Shown here: piece after piece, positions 26,119-32,203 of the stretch
How the letters are laid out: every line of letters begins with the position of its first letter
Position numbering within the stretch: the first letter of the stretch is position 1
Source of the DNA: Candidatus Parvarchaeota archaeon
GTDB taxonomy: Archaea > Nanobdellota > Nanobdellia > JAFCGN01 > DAOVEB01
Length of the DNA: 35,613 nucleotides
Assembly: GCA_030669205.1 (NCBI GenBank)
Contig: DAOVEB010000001.1
Span: forward strand, 1-35,613
Direction of reading: 5' to 3'
Notes under the pieces: generated by a model
Seen by the model: only the letters and a program-made list of their open reading frames with translations
What the model was told of the DNA's origin: nothing
Databases searched by the model: none
Program-made: the position numbers and the translations under genes

Positions 26119-27100
26119 AAAGCAGACGATTTCGGGTAAGGAACTACTGATAAAGGTAGAGAAAGCAGACGTGCGCATTGAATCCATTGAGTCAAAACTA
26201 ACAGACATCTTCGACCACTTCTCCCAGATAAATGAGGAGATAGGGGAAATCCGCTCAATGGTGATAGAAAGGGAAAGGGGGGTTCTTGAGATGCGGACTG
26301 AGTTCGACAAGATGAAAGACGATGTATCACACGTTGAGCCGGAAAAGACTGCGAGAAGGATAGATAGTTTTGACCAGACCCTGCTTGAGACAGCAGCCAG
26401 GATAGAAAAAACAGAGGCCAAGGTCGAGGAGTTGAAAAACGGACTCGACGTCTTCAAGGAGAAGTTAAAGGGTATTCAGAGCACGGAGAACCTTCTCGAC
26501 CTCCTAAAAGAATTAGACGAGAAAGCAAGGAATGTAACCGAGTACAGCAATCACTCGGAGAGGATGGCCGCAAAGGCTGAGAAGATGTTCTTGGAGATAG
26601 ACAAAAGGCTTCCGGAGATGGAAAGTGCGATGGACAAAATCAATGACGTGGGTGGTATGGTAAACCAGATAGTAATGGATATTGACGCGATAAAAATAGA
26701 GTTGAAAACGGCCGTGCACAAAGAGGACATAAAGAGGATATGGGGCGAGATAGATGACATCAAAGGTATGCGGCCGCATAGGGAAGAGGCCATAACCAGA
26801 ATACCCAAAACAGGGGAAGTGTTGGAAATAGAACTCCCTGGAGAAGAGGTGCCAGAAATAATTGAAATTCCAAGACCTGTGACAGAAGAGAGTGAGACGA
26901 AGGAAGATGTGATTCCTGCCATGTTGGATGAGGCATATGGCTACCTGAAGATGGGGGGGAAGAGTTCTGCAATGCAGATATACCGGAAAGCCTTGGAAGA
27001 TTACAAGGAGATGCGAACGACCAACCCGATCAAGGCAGCTGACCACTATGAAAGGATAAACAAACTCTACAAGGACATCCTGGCCCAAGGGTCAAAATGA
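26108..27100 (+). CDS. Coiled-coil protein with acidic linker and C-terminal MIT/TPR-like three-helix motif
   Basis: Start overlaps the giant ORF end by 11 nt. About 220 aa of heptad-like helices, then an E/P-rich linker, then AMLDEAYGYLKMGGKSSAMQIYRKALEDYKEM...AADHYERINKLYKDIL. Confidence 0.75.
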   Translation: MPVEKQTISGKELLIKVEKADVRIESIESKLTDIFDHFSQINEEIGEIRSMVIERERGVLEMRTEFDKMKDDVSHVEPEKTARRIDSFDQTLLETAARIEKTEAKVEELKNGLDVFKEKLKGIQSTENLLDLLKELDEKARNVTEYSNHSERMAAKAEKMFLEIDKRLPEMESAMDKINDVGGMVNQIVMDIDAIKIELKTAVHKEDIKRIWGEIDDIKGMRPHREEAITRIPKTGEVLEIELPGEEVPEIIEIPRPVTEESETKEDVIPAMLDEAYGYLKMGGKSSAMQIYRKALEDYKEMRTTNPIKAADHYERINKLYKDILAQGSK

Positions 27101-27405
27101 AGCATGAATATATCTGCAAGAAATGCGGCTACAGATGGAGAAGTGATGGGGCGCGCTACTGTCTCAACTGCCACTCTGACCGGGTAGAAAGGCACTCCTC
27201 CAGCAGAAAACTGCTTCAGACCCTGAGGAAATTGTTCTCAACTGACAGAAGAAAATATCGAGATCAGTTCACCAAAGGACGCGAAAAGGCGATGGATTTG
27301 TTGGTTGACGTCTGGCACAGCGCAGCGACATTCATTTTTGTCATAGCGGTCTTCATCGCCCTCTTGCTGCTGATGTTCCTCCTGTCCCAAAGAGGTTTTG
27401 TCTGA
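27097..27405 (+). CDS. Tail-anchored zinc-ribbon protein
   Basis: ATGA overlap with the upstream gene. CKKCGYRW...CLNCHS zinc ribbon, a basic linker, and C-terminal TM helix AATFIFVIAVFIALLLLMFLL. Confidence 0.7.
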   Translation: MKHEYICKKCGYRWRSDGARYCLNCHSDRVERHSSSRKLLQTLRKLFSTDRRKYRDQFTKGREKAMDLLVDVWHSAATFIFVIAVFIALLLLMFLLSQRGFV

Positions 27406-27790
27406 CGAGTCTGATAATCTCCTTTGTCTTTCCTGATTTCAATCGCTTAAGCTTCCAGTTGCGACCTCCAACAACCTCAAGTTCGTAGTAGGAGAAGTTC
27501 AACACCAGAAGCACCGCACCAAAGACCCAACAGACAAACGCCAGAACAAGAAGGAGCGGTTCAAAGAAGGTCAGGTACACAAAAAGCACGCCGAATGCTA
27601 TGAGGGACGCGCCGAGACCACGGTTGTTCTTGGAACCTGTTCTTATGCCGGATATGCAGTCATACGGCAGGTCTGCGAAGTCCTCGCCCCCAAAGTGCTT
27701 GTCGTACTGTATCAAACGGCGATTGGTAACATAGTAGTTTCCTACGTTCAAAATCACCTTCTCTCCCTTTGTCAGGAAGTCCTCAACCAC
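27353..27790 (-). CDS. PH-like (bacterial PH/YdbS-like) membrane protein segment; no ATG anywhere in frame, possibly the 3' part of a frameshifted gene
   Basis: GEKVILNVGNYYVTNRRLIQYD...DLPYDCISGIRTG pattern, a TM hairpin, then YYELEVVGG..WKLKRL. The only candidate starts are GTG at 27790 or TTG at 27871. Confidence 0.5.
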   Translation of the reverse strand: MVEDFLTKGEKVILNVGNYYVTNRRLIQYDKHFGGEDFADLPYDCISGIRTGSKNNRGLGASLIAFGVLFVYLTFFEPLLLVLAFVCWVFGAVLLVLNFSYYELEVVGGRNWKLKRLKSGKTKEIIRLVRQNLFGTGGTSAARGR

Positions 27791-27794
27791 GATC

Positions 27795-27971
27795 TCACCT
27801 GAGAATCCAGTCAATGGTCGCAACCAGAACCAAGACTGCCGTGAAACCAGAGCCGATGATGCCCGTTGCAAGAGCTGCCCCGGTTACCCTTGGCATACCT
27901 GAGCCAGAACCTATAACTATCATGAATAGTGACAAGATTGCAATCAAAATAAACTCTCTGCCGAACTTCAT
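27795..27971 (-). CDS. 58-aa two-TM protein (MKFGREFILIAILSLFMIVIGSGSGMPRVTGAALATGIIGSGFTAVLVLVATIDWILR), possibly the 5' part of the PH-like gene
   Basis: Hand-translated. Its ATG overlaps the PRC-barrel stop (TAATG). It ends at TGA 27795-27797. It is below the track cutoff. Confidence 0.5.
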   Translation of the reverse strand: MKFGREFILIAILSLFMIVIGSGSGMPRVTGAALATGIIGSGFTAVLVLVATIDWILR

Positions 27972-28270
27972 TACAGGATGTCCTCTTCAGCAACTACAAC
28001 AAAGTCGCCCACTGCGACAACGGCATGATATGGAATTTGGTATCTGCCCTTAGAGTCTTTCTCAAGCTCAAAAGACGCCGCGAAACTAGTGGGTTTATCA
28101 AGGATTACAAAGATTATCTCACCAGTCCGGGTCTCGAACGCCATGTCACCAACCTCTCCAAATCTCTTCCCGCTCTTGGAAACTACTGTTTTACCTATAA
28201 GATTTTTTGATAACAACCTTTCCTTTTCAGCCAATTTAATCCCTCTTATCGAATCTATTGTGCTAAACAC
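27971..28270 (-). CDS. PRC-barrel domain protein
   Basis: LIGKTVVSKSGKRFGEVGDMAFETRTGEIIFVIL...IPYHAVVAVGDFVVV is the typical PRC-barrel pattern. GTG start is uncertain. Confidence 0.78.
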   Translation of the reverse strand: MFSTIDSIRGIKLAEKERLLSKNLIGKTVVSKSGKRFGEVGDMAFETRTGEIIFVILDKPTSFAASFELEKDSKGRYQIPYHAVVAVGDFVVVAEEDIL

Positions 28271-28298
28271 TTATTGTTATTTAATACTTTCGTTGCAC

Positions 28299-29021
28299 TC
28301 ACTCAGCGTATCTAGGACCTGTTGGTGCTGGCAGAAGACGCTGCACTACGAAAAAACCAACAACAAGTACCAGGAAAAGGAGTAACAGTGACTCAATCAG
28401 TCCAAGGAACGGTAAAGTGAGCAGGAGTGTTATCGATAGTGCCAGGGAGACGACCCAGGCAGCAACGTTCCATGAGAGTATCTTGCTGCCATCCAGTGGC
28501 GGGATTGGTAACAGGTTGAACAGAGCCACCCACAGGTTCATCTCGATAAAGTAGGTGAAAAATGCCGGATGGACAGGGTGTAAGACCTTCAACAGAAGCG
28601 CGAGCAAAACATTAGCAATCCATCCTGCAACGGCCACCTCCCCTGTCTCTTTAAGTGTCAGTCCCATGAACTTGTAGCCAAGGCGCATCGAGTACTTTGT
28701 GGATACGTTCACAAAACCAACAGCAGCAACAACCAGCACAAACTGGCCAAAGCTCATGATGGAGATGAAAAGAGTGAGCAAAATGGAGACAGCTATGAAG
28801 TGTGGGGACATGAAGTAGATGGTCCTGCACTCGTAGCGGCGCGCCATGAGCTTCTGGGCTGCAACATGCAGGGTCCACACAACCCCACTGAGAAGTGTTG
28901 CCATGAGCAAGTTCATCAGCCAAGGCGAACCCTCAGGAAGAAAACCCGGGGAGAATGAGAACAGAAAGCCAAGTGCGACTATGGAAACCAACATGTCCCC
29001 TACCTCGCGGATTGTGAACAT
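28299..29021 (-). CDS. Site-2 protease (M50)-like membrane protein with degenerate active site (HVAAQ in place of HExxH)
   Basis: Retains the NLLPIPPLDGSKIL (NxxPxxxLDG) helix and the polytopic layout. The expected HExxH position reads TLHVAAQKLMARRY. ATG at 29021. Confidence 0.72.
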   Translation of the reverse strand: MFTIREVGDMLVSIVALGFLFSFSPGFLPEGSPWLMNLLMATLLSGVVWTLHVAAQKLMARRYECRTIYFMSPHFIAVSILLTLFISIMSFGQFVLVVAAVGFVNVSTKYSMRLGYKFMGLTLKETGEVAVAGWIANVLLALLLKVLHPVHPAFFTYFIEMNLWVALFNLLPIPPLDGSKILSWNVAAWVVSLALSITLLLTLPFLGLIESLLLLFLVLVVGFFVVQRLLPAPTGPRYAE

Positions 29022-29059
29022 AGACAATTGATAGTCCTGCCTGATATTTATTATTTATC

Positions 29060-29848
29060 CTAAACACTGCTAAGATAGATTATGTAGTTTATTTCAGGCT
29101 CTGAGTAATCGAGTGTAAATGTCCCGCAAAGCTCGATTGTATCCCCTTCGGAAAAGACGGTCTCCTCAACATCGTACAGCTTCCATATTTCGACATTCTC
29201 TCCGTCACAAAGAAGGAATATCTGGTACAGATTTCCGGCGCGTGAGGTATAGGTGTCGATATCAGAGCACACCGTGCCGTTTGTGATGACTTGCACCCCG
29301 TCGTATGCGTCTTGCTGGGCGATGAGCGAACTTATGGATATATATTCGCCCTCACAGGTGACAGCCCTCTGTGGTGCAAGTATGAGCGCAACTGAGAAGA
29401 GGGCGACGAAGCCGAAGGTAAACCGCCTTATCTTCTTTGGAGGAAAATGGTTGAGCATCTCAACTATGGCGTAACGGTTTGCGAGGAGAACGCCGCATAG
29501 CGCAATCGTCCCGATGTTGAAAACAGGGTCTCCGGAGGCAACCAGCCTGAAGGAGAAACTCCTCAGGTAGGGATAAAGGAACATGACGCCCATTGGTGTT
29601 ATGGAGTCAAGCGCGATGTGGGAGAAGAAGCCGAGGAAAAGCGAAATTGATGCGCGTTTTCCGAACTTCCACTGGACCAAAGCTGTGAGCAGGAGGCCAA
29701 AAAGCAGTGAGTGGAAAAACGTCCTGTGCGCAATCGGCAGGAGGAGGTCTATGTCCGGCACAACCGCGCCGAAGACCACGAATGGCATGTCCAGTACTAG
29801 GAGCATCGAGAGCGTGAGCGCGGCAACCACGTGGGTTATCGAGTGCAT
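29060..29848 (-). CDS. Membrane-bound metal-dependent hydrolase, DUF457/YdjM family, with extra C-terminal soluble domain
   Basis: MHSITHVVAAL..., VVPDIDLLL..HRTFFHS and GFFSHIALDSITPMGVMFLYP fit the YdjM motifs. ATG at 29848. Confidence 0.72.
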   Translation of the reverse strand: MHSITHVVAALTLSMLLVLDMPFVVFGAVVPDIDLLLPIAHRTFFHSLLFGLLLTALVQWKFGKRASISLFLGFFSHIALDSITPMGVMFLYPYLRSFSFRLVASGDPVFNIGTIALCGVLLANRYAIVEMLNHFPPKKIRRFTFGFVALFSVALILAPQRAVTCEGEYISISSLIAQQDAYDGVQVITNGTVCSDIDTYTSRAGNLYQIFLLCDGENVEIWKLYDVEETVFSEGDTIELCGTFTLDYSEPEINYIIYLSSV

Positions 29849-29884
29849 AGTCTGGATTCCGAACTCCAACTATAAAACAATTAC

Positions 29885-30427
29885 TCAGAACCCTAACAGC
29901 GAGGTTAGCAGCTGAAACCCGTCTGTTCCGGGCAGTGGAAGCATATTGAAGGCAAAGAGCCACATGTTTATCTGTTTGAATACATGGAAGTAAAGGTAGT
30001 TCCTGCCCGAGGCCAGTTCATATTTGGTCACCACATAGCCAACAAGGAAAAAGATTAGGTTGACCACTGGCCCAGCAAAGGCGATTGCGGCGTAGGCGAG
30101 GCGCGAGCCGAAACCGTAGATGGAAACGTACGCCGGTACGAAGAACAGGAACGGGAAGCCGAACATCTTCATAAGAACCCCGATACCAAGCCAGGTGTAC
30201 GACGCATGGTAAACAGCTGTGAAGCCAAAGGACATTGCGACGAACTTGTGACCGAGCTCGTGGACTATGACTGCAGGCGAGACAACCAGCATCGCCAGCA
30301 TGAAGTTCCTCCTGTCCTCCCCTCGGTACAGGAACTCGGTTGTGGGCAGGCGAAACATGTCCTTGAACATGTAGCCTATTGCAACCACTGTCACAACCAT
30401 GCCAAAGAGTTCGGATACGTTGAACAT
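29885..30427 (-). CDS. Site-2 protease (peptidase M50) family, minimal form
   Basis: Canonical VIVHELGHKFVA (HExxH) and FNMLPLPGTDG (NxxPxxxxDG) motifs. Confidence 0.85.
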   Translation of the reverse strand: MFNVSELFGMVVTVVAIGYMFKDMFRLPTTEFLYRGEDRRNFMLAMLVVSPAVIVHELGHKFVAMSFGFTAVYHASYTWLGIGVLMKMFGFPFLFFVPAYVSIYGFGSRLAYAAIAFAGPVVNLIFFLVGYVVTKYELASGRNYLYFHVFKQINMWLFAFNMLPLPGTDGFQLLTSLLGF

Positions 30428-30464
30428 AGACGTTGGAACCAGATGGGCTTTTAAAAAGGTTGTT

Positions 30465-31478
30465 TTACCTTCTCACTACCTTCCAGACCAGGTAAAGTAC
30501 AACAAGCACGAGGAACGTTATGAGTACGCCTCTCATGGTGCTGTCGCCCAGCATGTCCATGAGCCTGTCGAAAAAAGTTCCTTCTGTTAATTGCAGAGAA
30601 ACTGTCGACGTCGAGCCGTCCGAATCGATGTAGTTCATCTCCACTGACTTGACCCCCGCTGATGTTGGGAGGGTGAAGTTGTGCTCTGTGCTCTCGCCAG
30701 ACTCTACCTCAAGGAACCTATCAAACGTCTCTTCGCCTGTTGAAATCAAGAATGAGAAGTTCTGGTCCATGTTGCCGTCGTTGGTCACCTTCACATGCAG
30801 AACAGAAAACCCTTCGGAGGCAAAGGTGTAGACATCTGTGAGGTTGACGGAAACAGACGGAACCACTATGTTGATGTTCAGGTTCAGGGAATGTCTCAGC
30901 GTGCCGTTTTCCCCTCTCACTGCAAGGGAGGCGCTCAAGCTCTCGGTTCTCTGTATCTGGACAGTTATATCTTGGGTCTCGCTGACTCCAAGTTTGAAAT
31001 AAAGTGGTGACACTGAGTAGATGCGTGTTGGGATTATCGAAATCTCAAGGGGTATGTTACCCGTGTTCTGGAGGTTGTAAACCTTTGTTGTTATATTGTC
31101 AAACGCATAGACAGTGTCGGAGGTTACCATGGTAAGCAACGCCTCAGCTGTTATCTCCAAATTAGCTGTTGTGCTCGCTGTCTCCCCATTCTCAGCAAAC
31201 ACCTCAAACCTTATTGTGTAGTTGCCAGCCGGCGTGTTGGACACGTTCCACTCGTACTGGCTGGAAAGGCCGCTGGCGAGCGTTGTGTGGTTGAAGACCA
31301 GAATGTCATTTGCGCGAGCTGAGAAGTTTGTGAGTGACGGCTCGTCCAATGAAAAGGAATAGGAGATGATGACCTTATCTCCGAGACCAACCTGGTCCCT
31401 GTTGAGTTCAACGCTGGCCGATATTGCAGAGGCTCCACCAATCAACAACAGGCCAAGGAAAACCAATAGCTTCCTCAT
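30465..31478 (-). CDS. Secreted, C-terminally membrane-anchored surface protein with CARDB-like beta-sandwich repeats
   Basis: Signal peptide MRKLLVFLGLLLIGGASAISA, modules such as YNLQNTGNIPLEISI and LHVKVTNDGNMDQNFSF, and C-terminal TM helix GVLITFLVLVVLYLVW followed by KVVRR. Confidence 0.75.
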   Translation of the reverse strand: MRKLLVFLGLLLIGGASAISASVELNRDQVGLGDKVIISYSFSLDEPSLTNFSARANDILVFNHTTLASGLSSQYEWNVSNTPAGNYTIRFEVFAENGETASTTANLEITAEALLTMVTSDTVYAFDNITTKVYNLQNTGNIPLEISIIPTRIYSVSPLYFKLGVSETQDITVQIQRTESLSASLAVRGENGTLRHSLNLNINIVVPSVSVNLTDVYTFASEGFSVLHVKVTNDGNMDQNFSFLISTGEETFDRFLEVESGESTEHNFTLPTSAGVKSVEMNYIDSDGSTSTVSLQLTEGTFFDRLMDMLGDSTMRGVLITFLVLVVLYLVWKVVRR

Positions 31479-31510
31479 ATTAAATATCACTCCAGTCTGA
31501 AATAAAAAGG

Positions 31511-32203
31511 TTACCTTAGGAGCTGCAGCCGCGGTATTTCGGATATGTTGCGGACTTGGAAGTCGCTGCGGTCCTTTGATATCTTACTCGATATCAAAAC
31601 TGTTTTCATTCCTGCAGATGACGCGCCAGTGAGGTCCTCCTCAAAGGAACTTACAAAGATTGACTCTCTTGGCTTTGACTTGGTGAGTTCCATGGCTGTC
31701 CTGTACATCCGTTTGTCCGCCTTTGTACTCCCGACCAAGTCAGAGGTGACAACAAAGTCAAGGTACCCGAGCAGACCTGCTGTATTCAGATGGTACAGCG
31801 CCCTCTCATAATAAGAGTTGGTAAGCACATAAAGTCTGAATCCTCTTCCTTTCAGCGCCTTCAGCGCTGTTTCCGCACCCTGCTCGGCGTGCATATTCCT
31901 CACTCTCGCCTCCAGCAACATCTTGTAAGCTGATTCAAGCTCGGCATCAGTCGGCTTCACGAAGAATCTCTTGAGGAAGTACCTGAGGTAAAGTTTGTAG
32001 TCGTATATCTTCACAGAGCTCAGGCCAAATGTTCCGATGAGCTCCTCATACGTCTCCCTATCTGCCCGGGTTATCTGGTAGGTTGTGCCAACTGTGTTGA
32101 ACTTTTTCAGGATGTCCTTCATCACATCTGGCAGCGCTATATAGGTCTTTGTCTCCACATGTATCAGACAGCGGTTCTTGTCAAAGAAGATGTTTTTTAT
32201 CAA
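31511..32203 (-). CDS. HAD-superfamily hydrolase-like protein (atypical motifs)
   Basis: Motif I is IFFDKNRCL (DxN instead of DxD). Motif II is YVLTNS. Motif III Lys is in KADKRMY. Motif IV region is IFVSSFEEDLTGASSAGMKTVLI. TTG start overlaps the leuS stop (TTGA). Confidence 0.65.
   Translation of the reverse strand: MIKNIFFDKNRCLIHVETKTYIALPDVMKDILKKFNTVGTTYQITRADRETYEELIGTFGLSSVKIYDYKLYLRYFLKRFFVKPTDAELESAYKMLLEARVRNMHAEQGAETALKALKGRGFRLYVLTNSYYERALYHLNTAGLLGYLDFVVTSDLVGSTKADKRMYRTAMELTKSKPRESIFVSSFEEDLTGASSAGMKTVLISSKISKDRSDFQVRNISEIPRLQLLR

Noticed and set aside
27795-27803. CUC-AGG-UGA at the frame junction as a programmed +1 frameshift site (superficially like Ty1 CUU-AGG-C or prfB CUU-UGA).
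   Set aside because: Re-pairing of the P-site tRNA in the +1 frame is poor for CUC to UCA or AGG to GGU, and no stimulatory element is evident. An indel or a GTG restart is the simpler explanation. It is kept only as an option within the split-gene finding.
27769-28053. ORFs 27769-28053 (+) and 27811-27993 (-).
   Set aside because: They overlap the better-supported minus-strand PRC-barrel and 2TM ORFs in other frames and have no motifs or start context.
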